Below are positions 38,000-48,304 of a DNA stretch of 64,000 bases, one piece after another. Source of the DNA: Alphaproteobacteria bacterium. GTDB lineage: Bacteria > Pseudomonadota > Alphaproteobacteria > RF32 > CAG-239. The stretch's first letter is position 1. Each line of letters starts with the position of its first letter. Under the pieces are notes generated by a model. That model was given only the letters and a program-made list of their open reading frames with translations. It ran no database searches and had not been told where the DNA came from. Location: positions 76,375 through 140,374 of the forward strand of contig JAFXPE010000032.1 in the NCBI GenBank assembly GCA_017528205.1. Reading direction: 5' to 3'. The position numbers and the translations under genes are program-made.

Positions 38000-40101
38000 C
38001 AGTTCACTTTACCCAAAGCCTTTGCCAACACATAATAAACTTTGCCCACATCGGAGCCGGAAATCAGCGCCAGCAAAGTTCCGGCGTGCTCGCTTTCTTT
38101 GGCGGCAACCACCATGCGATTAAAGTCTTCGATATATTTGTCGGCAATCAGGCGAAAATCGCTTTTGTTGGCATAATCATTTTGAATGGCCATAATTTGC
38201 TTTTTGGTCATATTCTTGGTCAGATGTCGCACAAACACGCCATGATCGCCCTCGTAATACTTTTTCCATAAATCCTCATCGTCTTTGTGGAAAATCGCGT
38301 TAATATCAATGGAAATGGTTTCCAACTCATTGATTAGGCTGGCCGAATTGCGCATAAACGTATCCAAACTGGCGGCCTTAAACTTTTTATTCAGTTCATC
38401 AACGCGTTTTTCGGTTTTTTGATAGCCGCTCTGCAAGTTTGCCAAGTGGCCGTTAACCAGCTGCTCGAAACCGGACATTTTGGATTCGTATTTGTTCAAA
38501 GTTTCGCCGATTTCGTTGCCGGTTTTGCTTAATTCTTGATTTAAGCTGGAAATATTGCCGGTCAATTGCTTTAATCCGGTCATGGTTTTATTAACAAAAT
38601 CGTCTTGTGCCATCAGCAAATCGGTATTGGTTTTACTTTGTTCCGAAATATTGCTAGCACTTTCGAGCAATTTGGCGATATTATTGCCGACTTGATTGTT
38701 AATATCCGAAAACTTTTCAAAAATGCCGGAAGTTTTGTTGCTGAAATCGTTAACATTTTGCGCCAGCCCGTCTTCGATAAGGCGTAAATTTTCCGAAACA
38801 TTGGTAAACACATTCGAAAATTCGCTGTTTTTGTTTTGTGCGGAGCTGTAAAATTCATGCAATTTTTTGATTTCCTGCCCCAGTTGATTAACCGTGGAGT
38901 TAATATTGTTGACAATTTGCAGACTTTCATTTTCAAGCAATTTGCGCTTAGAAATAACTTCATCACCCAGCAAACCGAAAGCCTCGGAAACTTGCGCCGA
39001 AGTATCGCGAATACCCTTAATTTGTGCCTGAATGTTGCGTTCCAAAGTGTTGGAGCGTTCTACCATTGCCTCCACCTCAAGGCTTATCAACCGGCCGTAT
39101 TCGCCGAGTTTGTTATCCAAATAAGCCGAGTTTTTATCAATCAGGCCGGATTGGGTTTCCACCACCTGTTTTTGCTCGCGAATGCTGTTTTCGATATGCG
39201 AAATGCCGGAGTCTAAGCGCCGGAAGAGTTCTTCGCAATTTTCGGAAGCACGCAAATAAGTTTTTTCGAGATTTTCGCCCTTAACTGCCCAAGTTTCAAT
39301 CATTTTGCCGATAGCCAGCTGACTGCTTTCGGAATATTGATTGAGCTGTGCTTGTGCTTTTTCGATATTTTCATTGTTAACGTTAACCACCTCTTTAACG
39401 TGTTCCGCCGCCGTCACCATTTCGTTCACCATCGGTGTCAAAATAGAAGCCAATTTTTCGCTGTCTTCGCGCATTTGCAAAGTGTTCACTCTAAAATCGG
39501 CGGTAGTGTTGGATGCTTTATCGGCCACAGCGGTAAAGTTTTCAATCAGCTTATTGATTTCGTCATTGAGTTCGAGCATAGTTTGGGAAGAATATTTATC
39601 GAGCGCTTCGGCCAAATCTTTCAAATCGGCGACTCGGTCGGTGAGTTCGCGCTTGATAACATCGCTTTGAGCGCACACATCGCGGGTTGCTTCTTTTAAT
39701 TCCGCCACTTGTAATTTGATGGCTTCGGCAATCATTTTGGTTGCTTCGCTGCCGTTAGAATCCGGAAAAATCACCTGATTGAGCGAATCGCGGAGCATTC
39801 GGGTTTCGTTTTTAAAGCTGCTGCCGCGGTCGATATACGCCATAATTACCCACACAATGGCAAGCGGCAAGGTTATGCCGGCCATAAAGCCGCTAAACTC
39901 GTTAGGCAGCATGGAAAATAGCTTGTCCCAGCCGAAAAACTTTGAAATATAAACAGCCACCACAGCGAACCACATTACGCTGAACACGATGATAAAGCGG
40001 TGCAAACCGTTGGCAAACCAGCTTTCCTGCTCGTCATCAACCATAATAATGGTGTTATTTGGTTTATTTTTTCTATTTTTATCAAAATTTTTCGTCGACA
40101 T
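37999..40101 (-). CDS. Membrane-anchored long coiled-coil protein, TipN-like
   Basis: Two N-terminal TM helices, long coiled coil, and C-terminal LWKKYYEGDHGVFVR..YIEDF..SDVGKVYYVLAKALG typical of alphaproteobacterial TipN-like proteins. Confidence 0.65.
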   Translation of the reverse strand: MSTKNFDKNRKNKPNNTIIMVDDEQESWFANGLHRFIIVFSVMWFAVVAVYISKFFGWDKLFSMLPNEFSGFMAGITLPLAIVWVIMAYIDRGSSFKNETRMLRDSLNQVIFPDSNGSEATKMIAEAIKLQVAELKEATRDVCAQSDVIKRELTDRVADLKDLAEALDKYSSQTMLELNDEINKLIENFTAVADKASNTTADFRVNTLQMREDSEKLASILTPMVNEMVTAAEHVKEVVNVNNENIEKAQAQLNQYSESSQLAIGKMIETWAVKGENLEKTYLRASENCEELFRRLDSGISHIENSIREQKQVVETQSGLIDKNSAYLDNKLGEYGRLISLEVEAMVERSNTLERNIQAQIKGIRDTSAQVSEAFGLLGDEVISKRKLLENESLQIVNNINSTVNQLGQEIKKLHEFYSSAQNKNSEFSNVFTNVSENLRLIEDGLAQNVNDFSNKTSGIFEKFSDINNQVGNNIAKLLESASNISEQSKTNTDLLMAQDDFVNKTMTGLKQLTGNISSLNQELSKTGNEIGETLNKYESKMSGFEQLVNGHLANLQSGYQKTEKRVDELNKKFKAASLDTFMRNSASLINELETISIDINAIFHKDDEDLWKKYYEGDHGVFVRHLTKNMTKKQIMAIQNDYANKSDFRLIADKYIEDFNRMVVAAKESEHAGTLLALISGSDVGKVYYVLAKALGKVN

Positions 40102-40260
40102 GGCGGACCTCATTACATAAAAAACATACCTTTTGAGCCATTTTACGCCGCAAATGGTAAAAATTTTACATAAATTTTGCAAAATAATAAAAAAATAGAT
40201 TGATTTTTAAAAAGTTCTATGTATTTTGTAATTGTTGTGCAAATGATGAGATGGTATTAC

Positions 40261-40335
40261 GCCGTTGTAGCTCAGTGGTAGAGCACGTCATTGGTAATGA
40301 CGGGGTCGAAAGTCCGATTCTTTTCAGCGGCACCA
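40261..40335 (+). tRNA. tRNA-Thr(GGT)
   Basis: Full cloverleaf, anticodon stem CGTCA/TGACG with loop TTGGTAA, encoded CCA; T-loop is TCCGATT. Confidence 0.95.
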
Positions 40336-40344
40336 TTAAAAAAC

Positions 40345-40378
40345 AAAAGACCGGTTAATACCGGCCTTTTTGTTTTTT
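40345..40378 (+). terminator. tRNA-Thr terminator (near-duplicate at 42667-42694)
   Basis: AAAAGACCGG-TTAATA-CCGGCCTTTTTG. Confidence 0.75.
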
Positions 40379-40508
40379 AAATTGTACTGACGAGAGTATC
40401 GGACTTTCGACAAGATTGCGCCAGCAATCCGAAAGTGCGGAATCGACATCGCCGAGCGCAAATGAGCGAGGCGGCGGAGAAGTCACGAGCGTCAGCGAGG
40501 GACATTCG

Positions 40509-40523
40509 TTCAGCGGCACCATT
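40509..40523 (+). repeat. Direct repeat of tRNA-Thr 3' end
   Basis: TTCAGCGGCACCATT identical to 40323-40337; followed by a new terminator hairpin. Confidence 0.85.
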
Positions 40524-40707
40524 TTTTTGAAAGCCTCCTTTACGGAGGTTTTTTGTTATGTATATCAAGATTTCCACAAAGTCCGATTGTTTGCTTCCTC
40601 AGAAATCCAATCCCGCCAAAATTATCGGACTTTTACTATAAAAATCGACACAAAAAACCCTTTGCGACGGTTAAGTCACAAAGGGTCAAAGAGAGTAGCT
40701 TTTTAAT

Positions 40708-41556
40708 TCAGATTCTTTCATATGCACCACTTCTGTATACAAAATTATCATGCATCAGCCACCCGTGGTAGTTGATTGAAAAATCACACAAACGTATTGC
40801 GCCAGTCATTTTATCAACCTTAAATTCCTGTTTGGGTTTCAAATGACACACAGGCGTAAACCCATCGTGTTCGAGATTAAAAAGTGCAATTTTATTTTCA
40901 TCTTCCTTGATTTTCAACAAGGTATTGACCTCGGTTTGTATCAATTCTTCTATGCGACCGATACGTTCAAATCTCATAAAATCAAACCGTGAAAATAGCA
41001 TGCTTATTGCAAAAATCTCCTGTTCACCGCCCCAAAAGGCAATTCGATATAAATCGGCAAAAATAGGTATAAAATCTGTTATTTCATACTTATTCTCACG
41101 AAAGATCAACAAATTTCCCTGGGCGATAAGAGCTTTGGCAGTACCACCGATGAAAAACGGTTCCGATAGTCTTTCATAACCGTTGGGAGTATTGGCAAAA
41201 ATCTCTTGTCGGTGTGTTGTATCCTTGCTTTCCGTAATAAAAGCATATTCCATATTGCCTGATTCAGCCTGAATCCTTTTAATAAACTGATTAACTAGTT
41301 GCATTCGTCGGTTTGCAACACCAAAGGCACTTAGTCTGTTTTTGATTTCTGCCATATCCTTTGGCAATTCATTTGTACCACGAGAGATTGGATAAGCAAA
41401 AGCTTTTTGCGCAAGCAAATGCATCTTGTTACCATTTATAGCATAAATATTACCATCTTCACCTTCACAAATATTTTTGCTCCAAGCAAGATGTTTAAAT
41501 TTTTCAGGTACCCCAAGCTGTTTGAGGCTTTCCCTGTCAAGTTGACTTTTGAACAT
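40708..41556 (-). CDS. Hypothetical protein (AT-rich cassette cargo)
   Basis: 282-aa ORF with a downstream hairpin at ~40654-40687; no recognised motif. Confidence 0.7.
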   Translation of the reverse strand: MFKSQLDRESLKQLGVPEKFKHLAWSKNICEGEDGNIYAINGNKMHLLAQKAFAYPISRGTNELPKDMAEIKNRLSAFGVANRRMQLVNQFIKRIQAESGNMEYAFITESKDTTHRQEIFANTPNGYERLSEPFFIGGTAKALIAQGNLLIFRENKYEITDFIPIFADLYRIAFWGGEQEIFAISMLFSRFDFMRFERIGRIEELIQTEVNTLLKIKEDENKIALFNLEHDGFTPVCHLKPKQEFKVDKMTGAIRLCDFSINYHGWLMHDNFVYRSGAYERI

Positions 41557-41738
41557 AAGCTTAAAAATTAAATAAATACATTATAATTAAATTTCTAAAT
41601 GTGATACTAGATTAAAGCTATAGAAAAAGCAAGGAAGATTATTTATATTTTATCTAAAAATTATGCAAGTAGAAGTTGCAAGTTATTTGTTTCTTGTTGG
41701 TCTTTTTGGTCTAAAAGCACCTCCAGCTTATATTCTAG

Positions 41739-41794
41739 CTGCTTGTAATCATCGTATTTTTCAGTCCGATAATTGCAAAGTATCGCGCACCATT
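41739..41794 (+). repeat. 56-bp repeat ending in GCACCATT, copy 1
   Basis: 51/56 identical to 42558-42613; followed by a GGCAC..GTG terminator. Confidence 0.9.
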
Positions 41795-42047
41795 AATAAA
41801 AAAAGGCACCCGAGTGGGTGTCTTTTTTTATTAATTTGTATTGTCGGAAGAAAAGGACTTTCGACAAGATTGCGAAAGCAAAAATCAAGGAATTTTCAAA
41901 TTGTTTTTTAAGCGGTAGATCGCTTGACGATTGTTGCACAATCGAGCGATGACTTTATTATTTTTTCCATCAATCATCAGACTTTTAATAACAAGTATTG
42001 AATTATTAAACTGATTAAGTTATAAGAACTGCAAAGGAGCTGATTTT

Positions 42048-42557
42048 ATGTTAAACACTTTAATCATCGGAAATATATTTTCTTTATTGTCAGCAATTTG
42101 CCTTGCCGTTTCGGTTATCAAAAAAAGCAAAAAAGATTTTATGTATTGGCAGATTGGCGATCCTCTTTTTGGAATTGCAACATGCATTGTGCTTTCGGCT
42201 TATGCGGCGCTTGTTATCAGCGTGGTTTGCCTTATTCGTAATATTTTATCTTATAAAAATAAACTAACCAAAAATATCACCTATATTCTGCTAATTATAA
42301 ACGTGGCTATCGGGCTTTATGTTAATAATCTCGGCGGTATCGGATTGATGGTGATTTTGGCTTCTGCCGGTTATACAGTGTGCATTTATCTTACAAAAAA
42401 CGAACAACAAATGCGTTGGGCATTGGTTGTTAACCAGTTGTTGTGGTTTATTCATAATTTTTATGTGCAGGCATATCCTTCGGCTGTAGCCTGTATCGTA
42501 TTATGTATATGGACATTTATACAGATATACAAAAACCATCGTCAATTTATCTCCTAA
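42048..42557 (+). CDS. YgjV-family inner membrane protein
   Basis: Multi-TM with LSAYAA..LIRN and MRWALVVNQLLWFIHN motifs; paralog of 55745-56323. Confidence 0.7.
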   Translation: MLNTLIIGNIFSLLSAICLAVSVIKKSKKDFMYWQIGDPLFGIATCIVLSAYAALVISVVCLIRNILSYKNKLTKNITYILLIINVAIGLYVNNLGGIGLMVILASAGYTVCIYLTKNEQQMRWALVVNQLLWFIHNFYVQAYPSAVACIVLCIWTFIQIYKNHRQFIS

Positions 42558-42613
42558 CTGCTTATATTCATCGTAATTTTCAGTCCGATAATCGCAAACT
42601 ATCGCGCACCATT
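42558..42613 (+). repeat. 56-bp repeat ending in GCACCATT, copy 2
   Basis: See copy 1; begins at the base right after the YgjV stop codon. Confidence 0.9.
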
Positions 42614-42763
42614 TTTGAAAAGGCACTCGTTTGAGTGCCTTTTTGCTTTGGTGGGGTTGAATCACAAAAAGTCCGGTTAACGCCGGCCTTTTTTATGAAA
42701 GGTACTTGCTTTTTATTTTTTCTGAAATAGTATGGACACAAATTTTATGAAACAGGAGAAAAT

Positions 42764-43333
42764 ATGTCATCGCTTATTCAATTTTTAAAGTTGCTTATAT
42801 CCGGAATTACGTTGAAAGGGATTAATTTTAGAACCAACTTGTCCATTATTTTAACTTTTTCCGTTCTCATAATAGAAGTTGCAATATATTACATGTATTG
42901 GGATTCTATTCCCAACATGATAAAATATGATTATGATTTTTCCGGCACACCGAATAATATTTGCGAAAAAGAATGGATTTGGGCCAATATTTTGTTGCAA
43001 ATAGTTATTTGTGCTTTAGTTTTTATCATCAAACGTCTTTCCTACAAAACAAAGCGTGTTCATAACATTGTTTATGATGAAAACAATAACTTGATTCCGA
43101 TTATAGATAAGCGATTTTCTATGTTTGCGTGGGAAACGGCAATGCTTTTTGTTACAACCGAGCAAGGCTATATTTTTGCGCTTACGGACATTATCGAGAG
43201 CCGTATGTGTGATGATATTGTAACGATTATATTCCTGTTTTGGCAGATTATTCTCATCATTGAATTCCGCTCCGATTTAAGAGCATTAAAAACTGAAAAT
43301 AAAAACGTAAAAGAAGTCGAAAAAAAGGCATAG
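42764..43333 (+). CDS. DUF1648-like membrane protein
   Basis: YWDSIPNMIKYDYDFSGTPN motif after a TM helix; 4 TM segments. Confidence 0.55.
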   Translation: MSSLIQFLKLLISGITLKGINFRTNLSIILTFSVLIIEVAIYYMYWDSIPNMIKYDYDFSGTPNNICEKEWIWANILLQIVICALVFIIKRLSYKTKRVHNIVYDENNNLIPIIDKRFSMFAWETAMLFVTTEQGYIFALTDIIESRMCDDIVTIIFLFWQIILIIEFRSDLRALKTENKNVKEVEKKA

Positions 43334-43371
43334 CAACATTATTGCTATGCCCTTAAGCAAAAACTTCGGAA

Positions 43372-43671
43372 TTAATTGCAATAAATAGAATAGCTTTCCG
43401 GCGCATAAATTCCCATGGTTAAGCCACCCATCAGGGAATCATAAAGTGTCCAATGGTTTTCTATGGAATGAACACCGGTTGTTCGGCATACATTCAGCAT
43501 GTTATAATTCTTTTCTTGCCACATTCCCCAGAAGAAGAAATGGCTTCTGCCTTCATATGCCGGTTCGGTTTTTACATTTTGTTGCGGAGCAAAATTAAAA
43601 CGAACAATGTGGTCACTTCCGCAAGCAGAAAGCGTTAACGCAAGCCCGATACAAATTAAAATCTTTTTCAT
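43372..43671 (-). CDS. Bor/Iss-like lipoprotein
   Basis: Lipobox LSA-C, SHFFFWG and TMGIYAP..YC motifs; GAGAGGA RBS. Confidence 0.8.
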   Translation of the reverse strand: MKKILICIGLALTLSACGSDHIVRFNFAPQQNVKTEPAYEGRSHFFFWGMWQEKNYNMLNVCRTTGVHSIENHWTLYDSLMGGLTMGIYAPESYSIYCN

Positions 43672-44180
43672 GTGCAGTCCTCTCATAAAATATTGAGCCG
43701 ATTCCGTTATTTTACTGGGAATTTGTGCTCTGATTGGGTTTCTGATTATAGTTTTAGGGAAGATATACCTGAATGTCAACTCTAAGGTACCAAGTTATCC
43801 AACTACTTTTTTATGCGCTGTTTTTTTGACCTTAAAGTTATCATAAACCTAAACCTTGCCGTGTCAGCTGAAAAATTTAAACGCTCTGTGAAAAAAACTT
43901 GACTTTTAGACAGAAAAAATTATTCTAGACATATGATTTATAAAAACAGGAGTAAAGTCATGTCTTCAATCAATAAAATTAAAAATTTGCGAAACAGAAT
44001 AGAAAACAGAACTTCGGAAATAACTAAGGAGCAGATAATCGCCCATAACCGTGATTCTCGATGTTATTTATTCGGCTTTTTAAAAAAACTGGACAAATTA
44101 TCAAAAGCGTGGTAGATTAAAGCATAATTTAACTATTATTTTGCGTTTTTTGCAAAATAAACAATACAAGGAGATAAAAA

Positions 44181-44591
44181 ATGCCGGTATTTTCATTAAC
44201 AGAGGCGTATGTATTGGAAAGTTCCCGTTTTGAGGGAGAAACGCAAACGCTTTCTTTGAAAGCACAATATAATGATAAACATACGGTTATTAAGGGCGTT
44301 CCGGCCGATGTCGATCTTAGCGGCAACGTTAGGATTAATACATGGCATATCGGCGATTTGGAAGAGCGCAATCTAAGCAACGTCGAAAGAAAGGTGGCCG
44401 AAGCCAATCCGGATAAAGTCTCGATTTATAAAGTTGATAATCAAGAAAATATAATTCCTAATTCGGGCGCCGATTTGTTTAGAAAAGAAGACGGAACTTA
44501 TCGCCACAGAACGGTTAAGGAAGCTCAAAATAGCGATAAAATGAACGCCTCTATTATAGCGTCGCTTTTATCTTCAGAACGCAAAGTTTAG
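44181..44591 (+). CDS. Hypothetical protein
   Basis: AAGGAG RBS, 136 aa. Confidence 0.7.
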   Translation: MPVFSLTEAYVLESSRFEGETQTLSLKAQYNDKHTVIKGVPADVDLSGNVRINTWHIGDLEERNLSNVERKVAEANPDKVSIYKVDNQENIIPNSGADLFRKEDGTYRHRTVKEAQNSDKMNASIIASLLSSERKV

Positions 44592-44630
44592 TTTTTTAAT
44601 TGAAAAAATTCGCAAATAAGGAGACGAAAA

Positions 44631-45158
44631 ATGGGACAAATCACAGAAGAAATGTTTGGTTATGCCGGATATCTTTATAATGACACCAAAGAAAAATTGT
44701 ATAAAAAAGTGATGAAAAACAAGTACGAAAGCGATGGGGATAAGTTTAAGCAAATACAGGAAACCGAAGAATTTAAAACCGATAATCCCAATCTGGTCGC
44801 TAAATTGAAGGCTCATGACGGATTTGAGCCTTTGCTTATGAAGGCCGCAACAGTTTTGGGCAAATATATGCAACACGAAATGAAAGAAAAAAATAAGGAT
44901 AAGCCGACAAATAAAATGCTGGAAAAGGCGGTTTTGATGGGCAAAAGATATGGTGAAGGCTATTGCGATACGGAAGCCTTTTTCAGAGGTTTATCGGCAA
45001 CGGTTAAAACTTTGCTCAACACTTGGGAATACGGAAAAGATTTGGCCAAAGCAATGGGAATTGATGACAAAACTTTTACCGAAATGCGCAAAAACGTGAA
45101 TGCCAATTATTTGGATAAAGCTCCGGAATCTTCCAAAGATAATAAAATTGAACGCTAA
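44631..45158 (+). CDS. Hypothetical protein (paralog domain shared with 51711-52646)
   Basis: AAGGAG RBS; GKYM..E..TWEYGKDLAK motif. Confidence 0.75.
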   Translation: MGQITEEMFGYAGYLYNDTKEKLYKKVMKNKYESDGDKFKQIQETEEFKTDNPNLVAKLKAHDGFEPLLMKAATVLGKYMQHEMKEKNKDKPTNKMLEKAVLMGKRYGEGYCDTEAFFRGLSATVKTLLNTWEYGKDLAKAMGIDDKTFTEMRKNVNANYLDKAPESSKDNKIER

Positions 45159-45189
45159 GGTTGGTCTAAACACTTTTTAAGAGATTTTT

Positions 45190-45789
45190 ATGAAAACTTT
45201 ATTTTGGTATTTTATGTTGTTTATTGCTCTGATTTCGGCGAATGCGTACGCTCAAAGCACACAGCCGAGCTTGGAGAAATTGAATAATTCGCGCACTTCC
45301 GCCAATTCGATGATGATGCAATACGATTTTGACAACGACGATCAGGTAACCGAAAAAGAATTCATCATCGGCGACGGCGAAAGCGGATATCGCGCCCATG
45401 TGTCGAATGTTTATCAAATCATCAGCGACGACCGAAAAAAAGATTTTTCAAAACAAAGATATTGGTTTATCGAAGCGACGCATCCGGACGAATATAAAAA
45501 AGATTTGGTAGATTATTTCCAATATCTCGATGATGATCGCGACGGTTATATCTCCACCGAAGAATATCAAAAAACTTTTACCGGTGCATACATTTCAACA
45601 TTCGGCAAAAAATATGCTCAAGCCATAGATGCAGACGGCGATGGGCGAATATCGCAAGACGAATATACAAATTTCGACTTTACCTCCCTGCCCTCCAGCA
45701 GTAGCGAGCTTTTCCTCATCATTGACCTCAATCAGGATAAAATGCTGACCGTTGATGAGTTCAAACAGTTTTTTGAAAAACGATTTTGA
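45190..45789 (+). CDS. Secreted EF-hand calcium-binding protein
   Basis: Signal peptide; four DxDxDGxxxxxE-type loops. Confidence 0.85.
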   Translation: MKTLFWYFMLFIALISANAYAQSTQPSLEKLNNSRTSANSMMMQYDFDNDDQVTEKEFIIGDGESGYRAHVSNVYQIISDDRKKDFSKQRYWFIEATHPDEYKKDLVDYFQYLDDDRDGYISTEEYQKTFTGAYISTFGKKYAQAIDADGDGRISQDEYTNFDFTSLPSSSSELFLIIDLNQDKMLTVDEFKQFFEKRF

Positions 45790-45999
45790 TAAATACTAAC
45801 GGTTATTATATCCAGATTGCCGACGATATAAATTAAATCTGAAATTTCCGCTGTAAACAAAGTTTCCGCACAAGGCGACAGAATTTTAAATTGTCGTTGC
45901 CTGAATTTTTTGTTGTAATATATAAAATATTATATATCATACATAAAATTTTATATTAAAGAGAGTCTGCTTTTTTACAAAAAGAAAGGAAACAATCAA

Positions 46000-48189
46000 A
46001 TGAAAGAAACCATGCTGTCAAAGCTGTTTATCTTCTTATTTGTGGCCGTTTTGGCAGTTCCGCTGTTTTTTGTTAAATTTGACTACCATTCGCTTCTTTT
46101 TGTGGCGGCGATTTTCTTGTGTTCGATATCGGCTTTTTCCGTTTTGAAAAATATGAACAGATTTTCCGTAGTGCGGGCGATTTTTTTAATTTTTCCGGTT
46201 CTTTTGTTTTTTATAATTTATTTAATGCCGATATCGTTGCACTCGCGTAGCGTAACCGCTGATGATATTATGGCGGTTTTGCAAACGAATGTTCCCGAAA
46301 CATTTGATTATTTGAAAGATGATTTAAGGGTATTTTTCTTTTTACTGTGGTTTGTTGCATTATTGCTTTTTGTTTACTTGGCTATTAAGCAAAACGCCGG
46401 CAAAAACAGCATAATTTCCGGACAGAAGTGGGCAATAGCCTTTCTTATTGCGGGCGGAATTTTGCTTTATTTCAATCGCGACAACACCCTCACCGCTCCG
46501 TTATACGAGGCGGCGCCGAAAATAAAAGAATATTATAGCTTTTATGATAATTTGAAAAACAAAAAACCGTTGGATTCCGTGCAGAAAAACACTTTAAAAG
46601 GCATTTACGTTGTGGTTATCGGCGAAAGCCAAAATCGCCACCGTATGTCTGTTTACGGCTATAAAACCCACCTTACGACGCCCTATCTTTCCAAAGTCAA
46701 ACATAATAAAAATTGGATTTTTTTCGATAACGCATATTCTTGCCACACGCATACCGTTCCGACCTTGACTTATGCTTTAACGCAGAAAAACATAAACAAC
46801 AAAATACAACTGAAAGATGCCTATAATCTGTTGGAGGTACTGCACGAATTTAACACTTATTGGATAAGCAACCAAAAAGCAATCGGGTATTACGGCGACC
46901 AAATCACGGAAATGGGGTTAAAGGCTCACACTTCTGTTTTTACCAATAAATCATTTATTAAAAAAGATCCCTACGATGAGGTAATCTTAAAAGAACTGCC
47001 GAAAGAAAAGAAATTAAAGGATAATTCCGTTGTTTTCATTCATCTGATGGGCAATCACGGTTCTTATAAAAGCAGATATCCTAAAAAATATGGCAAATGG
47101 CGGGATACTTACGATAATTCTGTGTTGTATAATGACCATATTGTTCAAAAAATATTTGAACACTTTTCCTCTATGAAAGATTTTATGGGCTTTATTTATT
47201 TTTCGGACCATGCTGATGATGTCAGATGCAAATGCCATGATTCGTCAAGATTTACTTGGGAAATGACCAAAATCCCGTTTTATGCTTATTTTTCCGACAA
47301 GTATATCCATAAAAATCCGCAAAAATGGCGCGCACTGAAGGCGCATTTGCACACGCCTTTTACCAATGATATGTTTTTTGATACTTTTTTGGGAATTTTA
47401 GGTGTCAACGACAAACGTTTTTATGTGCCGACAGATGATTTATCCAGCAAAAAATATCGTCATTCAGTCAAGGATTTATCGACTTTGCACGGAAAACAAC
47501 GCATTTCGGCCGAAAATAAGGCAGATAAGTTAAATAAAAAAATTTATTTGCATCGCGTTAATTCGCCGGAAAAGCTGAAAGAATTGGGCCATAAATATGT
47601 AGGTTTGGAAATGGATATAATTTATTATCCTAAGGAAGATGCCTTTGAAAATTCGCACAATGCCGAAAGTTTGCAAAAGTATTCTTTGAATAAAACTCTG
47701 AAGATGTATTATCATATGTTTAACCGGCAGGCAATTTGGTTTGATTTCAAAAATCTGAGTGATGAAAACAAAGTTAAAGCCGAGCAGAAATTGTCCAAAT
47801 TGATAAAAAAATATCACGTTAACAAAAATAATGTTTGGGTTGAAAGTCATAATTATAACGCGCTGGAATATTTTACGCAGAAAGGCTGGAGAACCAGCTA
47901 TTATGTTCCTTATTATAACTTTGAGGAAATGAGCGCCGAGCAAATAGCAGATGCAAAAAAATTGACCGAAGATGTGTCTTTTTCCGGCAAAGTGTTGGCA
48001 ATTTCATTTGCCGGAGAATATTACCCGTTTATAAAAAGTTTGAAATTAAACGAGCAAATTTCTTTGCTGACTTGGTTTAGTCATTATAAATTGGAAGACT
48101 TCAAAAAGCTGGAAGAATATCCGATAATGATGAATGATAAGCAACTGAAAGTTATTTTAATCAAAGACACGGGAAAGCATCATCGATAA
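46000..48189 (+). CDS. Phosphoethanolamine transferase (EptA/CptA-like) with extra C-terminal phosphodiesterase-like domain
   Basis: N-terminal TMs; VVIGES, HTVPTL (Thr nucleophile), IHLMGNH, YDNSVLYND and FSDH motifs; C-terminal LHRVNS..GLEMDI..IWFDFKN. Confidence 0.8.
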   Translation: MKETMLSKLFIFLFVAVLAVPLFFVKFDYHSLLFVAAIFLCSISAFSVLKNMNRFSVVRAIFLIFPVLLFFIIYLMPISLHSRSVTADDIMAVLQTNVPETFDYLKDDLRVFFFLLWFVALLLFVYLAIKQNAGKNSIISGQKWAIAFLIAGGILLYFNRDNTLTAPLYEAAPKIKEYYSFYDNLKNKKPLDSVQKNTLKGIYVVVIGESQNRHRMSVYGYKTHLTTPYLSKVKHNKNWIFFDNAYSCHTHTVPTLTYALTQKNINNKIQLKDAYNLLEVLHEFNTYWISNQKAIGYYGDQITEMGLKAHTSVFTNKSFIKKDPYDEVILKELPKEKKLKDNSVVFIHLMGNHGSYKSRYPKKYGKWRDTYDNSVLYNDHIVQKIFEHFSSMKDFMGFIYFSDHADDVRCKCHDSSRFTWEMTKIPFYAYFSDKYIHKNPQKWRALKAHLHTPFTNDMFFDTFLGILGVNDKRFYVPTDDLSSKKYRHSVKDLSTLHGKQRISAENKADKLNKKIYLHRVNSPEKLKELGHKYVGLEMDIIYYPKEDAFENSHNAESLQKYSLNKTLKMYYHMFNRQAIWFDFKNLSDENKVKAEQKLSKLIKKYHVNKNNVWVESHNYNALEYFTQKGWRTSYYVPYYNFEEMSAEQIADAKKLTEDVSFSGKVLAISFAGEYYPFIKSLKLNEQISLLTWFSHYKLEDFKKLEEYPIMMNDKQLKVILIKDTGKHHR

Positions 48190-48304
48190 GCAAATAAACG
48201 CAAATTTTGTTTAATTTTGTGCCGGTATTTTATTTTCAAGGTATTGACTTCATTGTTTTGTGTGTTATGATTCACATTATTTTACACATGAAGGCTCAGC
48301 AAAT

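Noticed and set aside
40323-42694. CRISPR array
   Set aside because: Repeats are few, unevenly spaced by hundreds of bases, tRNA-derived and enclose genes; no cas genes.
43933-44115. 60-aa ORF downstream of a TTGACT..TATTCT promoter
   Set aside because: Possibly real (AGGAG before ATG 43960) but short with no motif; not enough support to call.
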